Source of the DNA: an uncultured Clostridia bacterium
GTDB taxonomy: Bacteria; Bacillota; Clostridia; Christensenellales; UBA1242
Assembly (NCBI GenBank): GCA_948434855.1
Contig: CAOJFR010000003.1
Span: 977 to 64,976 of the forward strand
Length of the DNA stretch: 64,000 nucleotides
Direction of reading: 5' to 3'
The notes under the pieces: model-generated
The model's database searches: none
What the model was told of the DNA's origin: nothing
What the model saw: only the letters and a program-made list of their open reading frames with translations
In this document: piece after piece, positions 38,601 to 46,662 of the stretch
Layout: the number at the start of each line of letters is the position of its first letter
How positions within the stretch are numbered: the stretch's first letter is position 1
Made by a program: the position numbers and the translations under genes

Positions 38601-41600
38601 AGCAAGTTCAATTTTTGCAAACTGCAGTTTTGAAGAGCTAAGAGAAGACTTTTTAATGAAAGTTTATGTATTAAAGTCGGTTGATGGCAACAGCAAATAT
38701 CTAAAAATAAATGGACAATATTATAACATAACAAATGCGCTTGGTGGTGAAACTGGCAAACTTACAGGGGCAGTCAGCAGTGCAGATGTTGTTGGTGATG
38801 ACTATAGCTATAGCTTTAGGGTAAATGCTGGAGAAATGCTATTTAACCTCAGCAGGTCAAAAGAAGAAATCTCAAGAGAGCTTGTTTCAGGAAACAATAG
38901 CTTGGTATACAACCTAAAAGTTGCAGACAAAACTTACACATATTATAGAAAGGTAGACAAAAATTTAGAGAGAGTATATAGAGTTAGCCTAACAGATTTA
39001 GACACCTACACAATTTCGGTTATGGTTCTAGAAGTAAACTGGGTTCAAAAGCTCATGAATGATATGCAGGTTTTATATCCAGACTTAAACTGGTCAAACC
39101 TCATTGCAACAAATGGCTGGTTAGATACTCTTGGTGACTATCACTCATCATATGCATCAGGTCAGTTCATATCAAGTGGCAACACAGCAAACATAACAGC
39201 AGCCGGCATGGTATTATCAGAATTTTTGTTAACAATTGCAGAAACAAGCTATGATGGCTTTGCAGATTATGAATATAGTTCAGTGTTTGATGAAGACGTA
39301 ATTGATTCATTAATGCTTGCAATGCTTGGCGAAAAGGCTTATCAAAACGTAAAAACACAGGCAAAAGTTTTTGTAGAAATGTTCAATGTAGGCTTTGCAA
39401 AAATCTTAGACGATGTTGCAGACGAAAGGGGCTTAAACATAAAAGATGGCGAAGTAAGCAATCTCACAATGAGCGTATACAAATCATACCTTGCATCAAT
39501 ATTGCTTTCATCAGATCTTGGAGAATATCTCTATACGGTTGCAACAAGAGTATATGCTCAATATGCAATTTATGAATCATTGGCATTTGCAAGTGGAGAC
39601 TATTCAAGTTATTTTGCTTATATCAATGGGCTTGCCGATGAAAATGGCGACACTATAAATGCGTTTAAATATGCAAGTTTCAGAGAACTCATTCAGTTTG
39701 AAAACACAAGTTTAAAAGACGATGCAGTTCCAGTTTACACATTCAATTATTATGCAGTATATAAGTCACTAGCTAATAAAAATGCCACAAAGGCAGAAGC
39801 AAATCTCAGTTTAAATATGGGCAAGTTTGATGCACTTGTTGCATGGGTTGCCCAAGTTGGCGGAATGAACGAGATGGGTGCAAAAGTATGGCTCACTTCT
39901 CGTGGATACAAAGAAAATTACACAGAAGACCAAGTTTCATCCATTGCAAATCATTTTTCAGTTGATGCCCCAACAAGCTATAAGTCAGTGCTCGCTGCAT
40001 TAAAATCATCATATAAAAGCAAATATATGGGTTATCGTGGTTCAACCGAGCGTTTTGATGATAATGATGAAACAAGATTTAGCTATATGCTTCATGTATA
40101 CTATTCAATTCGTCAAGACTTAAACAACCGCATGATGATAACTCTTCCAACATATGTCAGAATTTATGAAGACTATATTGATGGAAATATTGACAGATGG
40201 GGCATTGAGTGCGACATTTCAATTGATGCATCATCAAACTACATTCAAAATTACGACTTATACAAAATTTTGCTATTAACAAACAAAATGTCATATATAG
40301 GCTCATATATTCTTGCATTCTTCCCAGACATTGTTGTAACAATAGAAAATGATGAGGATTTAGAAGATTTTGTTGAAGACTTCAAGGTAGGCAAATATTC
40401 AGTAGACGCAAATTCATTAGTATACAGATTAAAGAGCATTTTCCCAAAATCAACAACCTATGGCAAAATACTAAATAGTGTTTTTGCTACAGATTCGCTT
40501 AGTGTAAGTGATATAATTAAAAAGTTTGAATTATATAGCAATTCAGAAGATGGTTCAGCTAGTTCTTGGAACACTATATTAAAAACAAGAGATAATATAG
40601 AAGCACTGCTTGATGAGCTTTCAGAAGTTATGGATCTTGAGGTTGGTGAAAAAACTCCAAATGGTTCAGTTCACGTAAACTTCACTCATGAAGTTTATAA
40701 TCAAATCTATAATTCGCTTTCAGGCTTGTCAGAAAAACTTAATGATTATATAGGAACACAAAATATATTAGATAAGATTGAAAAGGGAAGCATAACTTTC
40801 ACCTTAGCACAATTTAGCAGCAACTATGTTGAGAGTGGATTTGAGTTCACAATAAAAAATAAGGTATATAAGTTAGACACAGCCATTTCAACTCAAAGAC
40901 TTGCAGAATATGTTTATGGTGGAGCATATTTAACTCAGTTCGGAATTTATCCACAATACACAAGTTCGTCATTCACGGGCATCATTCACCCAACAAAGGC
41001 GGTTGACCCTAATGATGGAACCGTAAAAACCAAACTAAATTGCTTCACAGAGCTAAGAACTTTCGCAGGAAACGTTGCAGATTACACTGCAAAACTATAT
41101 TTCTTAACAAATCTTAAAGACCTTTCAAACAATGTTAGTGATTCAGTGCTTCTAACAGAAGAGTTATACACATCAAGTGGCTATATCGGAAGTTTCTTTG
41201 GAAACACAGGTTCAAGCTACAAAACATCGCTAGAATATTTAATTTTAGACCATATCGTTGCAGAAGAAGAACTCTCTCCAGAAACAATGCTAAGGTTATT
41301 GTTTGGAGATACAGAAGATTCTCTAAATCGCATGGGTTGCACAGATGTATACATAACATTGCTTGCAAAATATTTAAGTAGAAGCAAAACATTCACGGCT
41401 GAAGAAATCAGTTATATTAGTCTAAATCCAAACTTAATAAAAATTGCAGAAAATGGAGCAATCTCTTCTCTGTCAGAAGACTTTATGAGGGCAGGACTTA
41501 GAAGGTATCTTGTTTATATTCAAACAACTGATAGCACAATAAAAACCATAAGCCCAGAAACAGGCTATACATATTTAACCGGCTCAGATATAGAGGGATA

Positions 41601-43620
41601 CTATGGCTTATATATGCCAAATGGCTATAATTCGCATGGCTATTATTCAGATGGAACAAACACCTCAAGCGAAAGAACACACAAAGCCTTCAAAAATGTA
41701 ATGAGCTATTTAACAATAAGTGACGAGCAGGCAGAAGGCGATATAGATCTTGGAATAGAGGGCAAATACGAAAGCTTTGACGGAATGACATTCAAAGACT
41801 TCAAGGCATATTTAACTAAGTCATTAGTAGACTATGAGCAAAATGAATCAGAGACAGGTGCAGAAAACGCATCAAGATATTTAACTTTGTTCAATTTAAT
41901 AAGTGGTCAATTTAATTATCACATAAGTGATGGTGCAAATGGCACAAAATTCATTGGAACAACACTTTCTGTAATCAACAAAGATAAGGAAGAAGGTTCA
42001 AATGTGGTTGGCTATAAAGATGAGGTTATTTATCAGGGCAATGATTATGGAACCAAGTCAGTTTTATATGCAAACTTTAATATAGATAGGTCAACTAGAG
42101 GCACAATATTAAAGCTTTGTGGAATAGAAAATAGACCAATAGAAGAGCTTGTTAACCTAGAATATGATGAGCTTTATGAAAGAAACGGATCATATGATGA
42201 GGCAGATGGCGATGTGTTCATTGTTTGCTCTTATGATGAAGATACCGGAAAATATGTTCCATTCCTTGCAAGCAACAGAAAATATTCAGGCACATTTAAT
42301 GGAACAAATTATATGGACTATTTAAATGATTATGGCTATCGTATTTTCACAGACTATTATGATTCAGAAGAGGGCACAAGGTTTGCTTATCCAATCATTG
42401 CAAAAGGTATAGTAACTCCAGACCTCAAACCAACTGCAATCAAAATACAAGATAATGTTGCAAAATTTTATAGAACAGACATAACAGCAACAGGTGCGGT
42501 AGAAGATACAGCACTTCAAACAATAAATGCTTCAGTTGAAACCACAACTGTTGGCTATGTAAAATATGTCAATGTTTCGTCATTCAATCACATTCAAGCA
42601 GAGGGCGAAAGCAAAACAATGTTTATCGGTTCGTCCGATGTAATGAGCTTCATAAAATCCGATGCAAGCGTATACTATGTTCAATATACAAATGTATATA
42701 ATCTTGCAAAAGCGGATGGATTTGATGCCATATCAGTGCTAGATTCATTCTCAGCATTCTTCAATATGTCAGTTCAAATGCACATCATGATGCTGCTTGG
42801 GTTCATAACCCTTGTTCCATTACTGTTCAAGGCATCCGGAGCAGTGCTAAAGAGAATTTTAGACTTAATTTTCTTAGTGCTTGCAGGACCACTTTGCATT
42901 TCAATGAACTCATTAAAGCATACCGATGAAGAACAACAGGCATATAGTTCTTGGAAGAAATATATGTTCAGCACACTGCTTAGTGTGTTTGGCTTAATAA
43001 TCTCATTCAATCTATACTTTATTATGGTTTCAACAGCCATGAATATGACATTTGTGCAAGCGGGCGATTCAACCATGCAAAAACTCAGCATGATAGGTGG
43101 CTTAGGCTTTGTCACCGCACCAGTATTAAATGCATTCCTCAGAATAATATTTGTAGTAATTGCAACCAACATGATAGAAACAACTGCAGATATGCTTCTA
43201 AACATGATAACTGGCGGAAAGGCAAGCAGTTCACTTGGTTCACCACTTGCAGGTGGCAAAAATGCAATAGATTCAATAGTTGACTTAAAGAACAACATGG
43301 TTGGAGACATTAAAAAAGTCACACATGGAGCAAGAGATATAATTAGCGGAAAGATTTTAATTGAGGCAAAAAATGCGATAATAGACTCGCTCCCAGGCAG
43401 TCAAATAGTAAGAGGAGCTGCAGAGACAGTTGGCAGTGCAAAAAATTACTTAAAATCAAGAGAGCTCTATAAAAAGGCAAGGCAAAAAGGCGTAGGAAAA
43501 CTTGCTGCTCATGCTGCTGCAAAAGAGTTCAGAAATAACTATAAAAAGCAAAGGAAGCAAATTAAAGACAGAAGAACTGGCTACACACAAAGCTTCTATG
43601 GCAGAATGGGCTTAAAATAA
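32620..43620 (+). CDS. Giant membrane protein P2 (3666 aa), paralog of P1/P3 with a ~2,800-residue central insertion
   Basis: RBS AGGAGA before the ATG at 32620. The 11.0-kb ORF is uninterrupted. The N-terminal module (32620-~33540) and the C-terminal core with its TM module (42388-43220) align with P1/P3. The centre contains 8 or more copies of an FS.GF...D..TW...D...Y motif. Confidence 0.8.
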   Translation: MLNMLKSLICLIAAEPCSVVSHGQTLSALTTSFAFIFLKNIFMAVWNFILSMIWAIEKFVLGIMDALQTIVYQFLGIGTTVDDYLNFANNNEMTKTLVTTFRAILVVSIVLMIIFTIIAIIRQEVEVATNAKNKSSEESNKKGPIVMKLFKGIMSAILLPFAMIAIIGAVNSVLTAFNNALQGENQTTIAGQVLATSTYDTNKYRQYANNNKRVPIIINAYNVDDYGADEKEKLFYKIKSLSVQKKLINTATDIDKNLLLAFNDSLIYENNKLSNSSAYADYYENFVCTAEQYQVMADFIDYCELTNTNFYIKAIDDNDIEWKYVDSTIFDAKNMALNITYRDANDLDGDGKTNDTYTVSFSMGFDVTSPISNALKSISALLGLNEFGDMTFNEMDRDKNSINLVQWANEKVSLHFSYGFNINDMKTWTPADEILMYEYYHYASNNTLAEFDFSDLSYENRGNATLDAYKIVYRDYYPEAGAFSKEKVIYCVYINGSYYKIKKSEKETDSYGNKYYVLDENDDVRFLEKGYTILSEETEKAMLKFVGKNNNFSLNNPSSWSYTDQILIYEFYKDLSYNNTLSEYNISDLGKGIEVPTYLIRDYDADGNETSKRFVYLNGTYYAVSSPSSGSHYVLTGSTSGTNFLESIDDKYLTTYYNFSGANGAIKLEDPKNEFGISTNSTTNKTPNDFIIDSDDGLIFTNLENGINYVFDKDVDFKLSFSAGFDFRDVDTWSYKDYFLFYLYAKYLNNSSATIDSLKYTPLPGLIGEYNGKYYYKIQSTLTENNTKFKTVYLSIDDIDNISLQNIKNVINVEITLENNRFSTNDELAFTQVSNPSTIFSKTETETKVFTFSSDVSFENVNLWKMRDYILFLLESRGIISITSNFEDFSYNSVCYKGVNIGTNLTTNLYSFGSENNRIYLNEKYLLGLGYNSLDEFLDTNLITFIAKKLSTSSNGEIKKLLLEKDEVISSIANSDAYSGNTHMLSSLAAMLVNLYGLKINSAENIFEIYSDITKYSYSNPSFVADNLSTYTVLDLAIYFLTGSAVGSYEGYVANVNGDLKYIIGDYAISITSGSLFESTIVQRGSLTSGLINLGSMSLSEYYTSMGLDSKVTTISDSEISFRRADNINYIYVNDITNGNYSALDSILAGLGLAQQTAYNIYTNGTSNFVFLGSKNGKSYFIETNSFNLVNTAMLTKETTITLNSTTKPFTQNGTYTANFNGTTTSGFSFMDAAIYELTNDTSIKSFNVYTSALLGGKSYIFVNGNFIEYNNVAINFGSLAAGYDDYTNLIDILVNNYYGSYVVGNIGTTTNSKEFSYSFADFDVEDISSYTPIRLILHRLGLTEGAEKQVSGTLTKSADGSRTYFVIKITDENGKEQTYNINVTELLTEAGQEKTDKINELYYRAALCYGQTTGGFIAPSEAIENLTNLNTSIENAISSYVVSSYTTNILNFTDTMSEEDISTWNWLDIIHYSIYASYRNTDSFVLYSGVNYSGDKEGLYVGLSFGGTTRFVKFSESLLSENGTIKLQKFSAGVESVEFSLDTNSSLIDLLYYKYTGLQRGNVNYVTIGSGEDARKIYSIQDQTTGEYIYYAGYADLDKESSINSVVSEHEYSYLVKATTQNLQTWNLLDLLIKAAEGNTSDRQYQFSSRIYTIDSKKYILVNGYYINLDLVGARLSEKLADGSTTEYVRTIETTLVPTAESFVGYSARLISNVNISSAFNYGFIKLSANNVSKENKPLVTDPETGNVISSNEVKLYFSEGFSFSDYSTWKNSDFMLYYLFKTNHMDANIKSFQHYVNLGYVPATLYNLETYDEFGNLTVNKVYKVGEGECNFGSFANLNSSTVEAYKATGKFSEFIRAISEYKFINANIWQIQYQRELNNISVSANTNADLIVSITDKPITDPGIGSFGYSVTNEINAKDFLFENYYYFNLNSDNEEIKNLFVDTSITDKFDENTDTEIINFKLSSGFNIEDVSTWTILDYIIVREYARDHSASSIFANCSFEELREDFLMKVYVLKSVDGNSKYLKINGQYYNITNALGGETGKLTGAVSSADVVGDDYSYSFRVNAGEMLFNLSRSKEEISRELVSGNNSLVYNLKVADKTYTYYRKVDKNLERVYRVSLTDLDTYTISVMVLEVNWVQKLMNDMQVLYPDLNWSNLIATNGWLDTLGDYHSSYASGQFISSGNTANITAAGMVLSEFLLTIAETSYDGFADYEYSSVFDEDVIDSLMLAMLGEKAYQNVKTQAKVFVEMFNVGFAKILDDVADERGLNIKDGEVSNLTMSVYKSYLASILLSSDLGEYLYTVATRVYAQYAIYESLAFASGDYSSYFAYINGLADENGDTINAFKYASFRELIQFENTSLKDDAVPVYTFNYYAVYKSLANKNATKAEANLSLNMGKFDALVAWVAQVGGMNEMGAKVWLTSRGYKENYTEDQVSSIANHFSVDAPTSYKSVLAALKSSYKSKYMGYRGSTERFDDNDETRFSYMLHVYYSIRQDLNNRMMITLPTYVRIYEDYIDGNIDRWGIECDISIDASSNYIQNYDLYKILLLTNKMSYIGSYILAFFPDIVVTIENDEDLEDFVEDFKVGKYSVDANSLVYRLKSIFPKSTTYGKILNSVFATDSLSVSDIIKKFELYSNSEDGSASSWNTILKTRDNIEALLDELSEVMDLEVGEKTPNGSVHVNFTHEVYNQIYNSLSGLSEKLNDYIGTQNILDKIEKGSITFTLAQFSSNYVESGFEFTIKNKVYKLDTAISTQRLAEYVYGGAYLTQFGIYPQYTSSSFTGIIHPTKAVDPNDGTVKTKLNCFTELRTFAGNVADYTAKLYFLTNLKDLSNNVSDSVLLTEELYTSSGYIGSFFGNTGSSYKTSLEYLILDHIVAEEELSPETMLRLLFGDTEDSLNRMGCTDVYITLLAKYLSRSKTFTAEEISYISLNPNLIKIAENGAISSLSEDFMRAGLRRYLVYIQTTDSTIKTISPETGYTYLTGSDIEGYYGLYMPNGYNSHGYYSDGTNTSSERTHKAFKNVMSYLTISDEQAEGDIDLGIEGKYESFDGMTFKDFKAYLTKSLVDYEQNESETGAENASRYLTLFNLISGQFNYHISDGANGTKFIGTTLSVINKDKEEGSNVVGYKDEVIYQGNDYGTKSVLYANFNIDRSTRGTILKLCGIENRPIEELVNLEYDELYERNGSYDEADGDVFIVCSYDEDTGKYVPFLASNRKYSGTFNGTNYMDYLNDYGYRIFTDYYDSEEGTRFAYPIIAKGIVTPDLKPTAIKIQDNVAKFYRTDITATGAVEDTALQTINASVETTTVGYVKYVNVSSFNHIQAEGESKTMFIGSSDVMSFIKSDASVYYVQYTNVYNLAKADGFDAISVLDSFSAFFNMSVQMHIMMLLGFITLVPLLFKASGAVLKRILDLIFLVLAGPLCISMNSLKHTDEEQQAYSSWKKYMFSTLLSVFGLIISFNLYFIMVSTAMNMTFVQAGDSTMQKLSMIGGLGFVTAPVLNAFLRIIFVVIATNMIETTADMLLNMITGGKASSSLGSPLAGGKNAIDSIVDLKNNMVGDIKKVTHGARDIISGKILIEAKNAIIDSLPGSQIVRGAAETVGSAKNYLKSRELYKKARQKGVGKLAAHAAAKEFRNNYKKQRKQIKDRRTGYTQSFYGRMGLK

Positions 43621-43650
43621 AAAATAAACAAAAACAAAAGGAGAAAATAG

Positions 43651-46644
43651 ATGTTTGCTAGTGGAGTAACAAGTTTTATTAGCAGTTTGGTGAATGCCGG
43701 TTCATCTGTTTTCTCACGCTTTGTTTGTGCACAAAGTGGCTATGCGTTAGTGCAAACCATATTAAATTTCATTTTTGGCTTGTTATATAATGTGGCAAAA
43801 TATTTGCTTTATATGGTAGACTTAATATTCTCATACATTCAAAAGCTTGCTGGTCTAGACATGGCAATGGATTCGCTAGAGGGTATGCTGTCGCCAGATA
43901 GTGACATTGTGTTCAATTTCCTAGTTTCTGGAAGCGACCTTGTAACAGCAATCCTCAGAAACTTAATTGTGTTAGCGATTGTAGTAATCATCATTTTTGC
44001 AATAGTTGGCATAATAAAAGGTCAATATGATGCAATGAAAAAAAATAGTGCAGCAAGTCCGTTTGACACATTAAAAAGTATGTTCAAGGCGTTCATATTG
44101 TTGTTAGTCACTCCATTCATGACGCTTGGCGGCATCATAGTGTCAGACTTATTGTTGCAAACATTATATAAAGCCACAAATGTCAGTGGAGCAATGTCGT
44201 TAGGCACGCAAGTTTTTGTAACTTCTGCGTCGTCGGCAAATGCCTATAGGGTATATGCGCAAAAAGGAAAGCGTATTCCAATAACGTTTGATGGAACAAA
44301 AAGTTCAGAAATAAATGCATATTTCAGTGAAAATTCTGTTTCAGAGGGCTTCATAAAATATTTGCAAGATAGCAAAAATTCAGGCAACGAAGTCAATCCA
44401 ATATATGCAACCTACATGACATTCATGGCAGCAGATTTCACACCATATCTTTCAATGAACGATGTGCTAAGTGAAAATGAGTCAGTCATAAACACCAAGC
44501 AGCTCTATGACAAATATTATGATTATTACATTCCAAGTGATGATGATGTTTTGTTATATCCCGAGCTCATGAAACTCAGTTCTTATGCAGAGCAATACTA
44601 TGCCATGGCAGATGTCATTGATTTCTGTGTAAGGTCAGGCTCAGAAGTTTATATGAGAACAATAGAGCAGGTATTAAAGAGCGTTTGCAATTTAAGTGAT
44701 GATGTTGCAGATAAAGAAAAGATATTCCAAACAATAATTCGTCATTATGAAATTAAGTTTCATAATGGCTATGACGCAGAAAGTGGTCAGCCAGTAGATG
44801 AAATTTCAATAAAAACAACCAATGACTATTTAATGCAAATAGACAAAAATAGAAATGCGTTAATAAGCTTTAATAGCACATATTTCGCAACAAGCGACAG
44901 TGGCGAACCAGATGTAAAAATGCAAATCAGGTCAATTCACTTGGTTGGAGAAACTGATGAGCTTAGGGGTGCAAAGTTTATTGTTGCCACAAAAAATCAA
45001 GCTTCAGCAAACAACGGAGTCACTCAAGAATATTATCAGCCCCTAGTAAATGGCTATGCAGGAGGCTTCCAAACAGAATTCCAGTCAGATTATATAATGG
45101 ATGGCAACATAATAGTTGCAAAAGGAATTTTCAAAGAAGCAACCTATCCAACAGCAATAAAAATTGCAAGTGGAAGCGTAAATGATACCAATATAATTTT
45201 CTATAGAGAAGACATAGAGTCACAGGCAGTTGGTGAGCTTGGAGATTATTTCTCGTTAAAGGTAGATGCTCCAAAAGGCGGTTTCTTTGGAAGACTTATA
45301 AAAATGATAAAGGCACTCTTTGATCCATCAGAGCTCATTCCAGAAATAAATGTAAACTTTGATGCCTTGGCGCTCACTTACGATAAGTCTAGTGGACCAT
45401 CAGAAGTAGACACACTTCTTAGTGGAAAAATAAGGCTGGGCTATTTCATGAAGTTTTCGCCGACCTATCCAACGGTAGATGGTGTAAGCAATTTCTGCTT
45501 GGCGTTCAATGATTTATATGCTGCACCAAAAATGAACTATTTGCTCTTGGTAATAGGTTCATTCTTACTAGTAAGGGTGTGCTTAAGTGCAATTTCTTCA
45601 TTAATAGAAAGGTCATATGAGTTATTTTTAATATTCTTAACATATCCAGCGGCGTGTGCAACCATACCAATAGATGATGGTGGGGCATACAAAACATGGC
45701 TAAAGGGCTATTTTGAAAGAATATTCAGGGCATATGGCTTCATTCTTGGCATAAATTTTGTATTAATGTTGTTCCCAATAATAGAGAAGATACAGTTTTT
45801 CAGCCAAGATGACATAGGAACATCAAAAATAGTAAGACGAGTGGGCACACTATTTTTCAGTGTAATGTCGGTTCGTCAAATCACAGAAATGCTAAACTTA
45901 TTTGTAGCAATCATGTGTCAGCTTGTTGCCTTCACATTAATAGAGACAATTCCAGAAACCATTTCAACAATAATTGGTGGAAAGGATGCCGCATTAAAGG
46001 TAAAAGACAACAATGTATTCACCAAATTAAAAGACAAGGCGGTCAAAGCAACCACAGCTGTAGCAAAAGTTGCAGTGCCACCGCTTAAAGGCTTAGAATA
46101 TGTGTTTGGTGGAAAGGTTAATAGAAAGAGATTAAGACAAGACTTAAGAAATAAAATTTTAAACAGCACAGGACTTGATGCTTTCTCAGAAATGGGTAAG
46201 TTTATTCCAGGCAGTCAGCTTGTGGCAGAAGCAAAATATAAACTAAATCTAAAAAAGCAAACTGATGAACAAAAGGCTGTTCAAAAAACTCTGTTTGACA
46301 CGCTTAATGATCCACTTGCAAACAAAACTGCAGTTCAAGATGCAATGGCAGAATATCAATCAGCTTCAGTTGCTGCGACTCAAGCTTCAGGTAAAAAATC
46401 ATATGTATGTAAGCTTAACTCAGCACATAAATATACAGATGGTATGATTAGAAGTGAAAATGGCAGAATCAGAAGATATATTATTTCACATGGTGGAACA
46501 AAAGAGTTTAACAATTTCCACGACCTAAGCTATGGAGGCGGATGGCTTTGTCCAAAATGTTTTGAAGATTATAGAGGACAAAATCCAGAGAGCTACAAAC
46601 TTGAAGATATGTCTAAGAAAAAATCAGATTCTGGTGATGCATAA
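43651..46644 (+). CDS. Membrane protein P3 (997 aa), the minimal-core paralog of P1/P2, with a Cys/His cluster in its C-terminal tail
   Basis: RBS AAGGAGA. It contains all the blocks shared with P1/P2, nearly contiguous. TM module 45532-45985. The tail contains C-x5-H ... C-P-K-C. Confidence 0.8.
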   Translation: MFASGVTSFISSLVNAGSSVFSRFVCAQSGYALVQTILNFIFGLLYNVAKYLLYMVDLIFSYIQKLAGLDMAMDSLEGMLSPDSDIVFNFLVSGSDLVTAILRNLIVLAIVVIIIFAIVGIIKGQYDAMKKNSAASPFDTLKSMFKAFILLLVTPFMTLGGIIVSDLLLQTLYKATNVSGAMSLGTQVFVTSASSANAYRVYAQKGKRIPITFDGTKSSEINAYFSENSVSEGFIKYLQDSKNSGNEVNPIYATYMTFMAADFTPYLSMNDVLSENESVINTKQLYDKYYDYYIPSDDDVLLYPELMKLSSYAEQYYAMADVIDFCVRSGSEVYMRTIEQVLKSVCNLSDDVADKEKIFQTIIRHYEIKFHNGYDAESGQPVDEISIKTTNDYLMQIDKNRNALISFNSTYFATSDSGEPDVKMQIRSIHLVGETDELRGAKFIVATKNQASANNGVTQEYYQPLVNGYAGGFQTEFQSDYIMDGNIIVAKGIFKEATYPTAIKIASGSVNDTNIIFYREDIESQAVGELGDYFSLKVDAPKGGFFGRLIKMIKALFDPSELIPEINVNFDALALTYDKSSGPSEVDTLLSGKIRLGYFMKFSPTYPTVDGVSNFCLAFNDLYAAPKMNYLLLVIGSFLLVRVCLSAISSLIERSYELFLIFLTYPAACATIPIDDGGAYKTWLKGYFERIFRAYGFILGINFVLMLFPIIEKIQFFSQDDIGTSKIVRRVGTLFFSVMSVRQITEMLNLFVAIMCQLVAFTLIETIPETISTIIGGKDAALKVKDNNVFTKLKDKAVKATTAVAKVAVPPLKGLEYVFGGKVNRKRLRQDLRNKILNSTGLDAFSEMGKFIPGSQLVAEAKYKLNLKKQTDEQKAVQKTLFDTLNDPLANKTAVQDAMAEYQSASVAATQASGKKSYVCKLNSAHKYTDGMIRSENGRIRRYIISHGGTKEFNNFHDLSYGGGWLCPKCFEDYRGQNPESYKLEDMSKKKSDSGDA

Positions 46645-46662
46645 AACCAAAATTAAAAATAA

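Noticed and set aside
42774-43322. 182-aa antisense ORF inside the P2 TM module. Similar long antisense ORFs lie in clpX (51674..52180), pnuC (6245..6724), P1 (20121..20450) and the 1039-aa gene (29406..29792).
   Set aside because: All lie opposite genes with strong sense-strand evidence. Long antisense ORFs are expected opposite codon-biased AT-rich genes. None has a convincing RBS or any recognisable motif.
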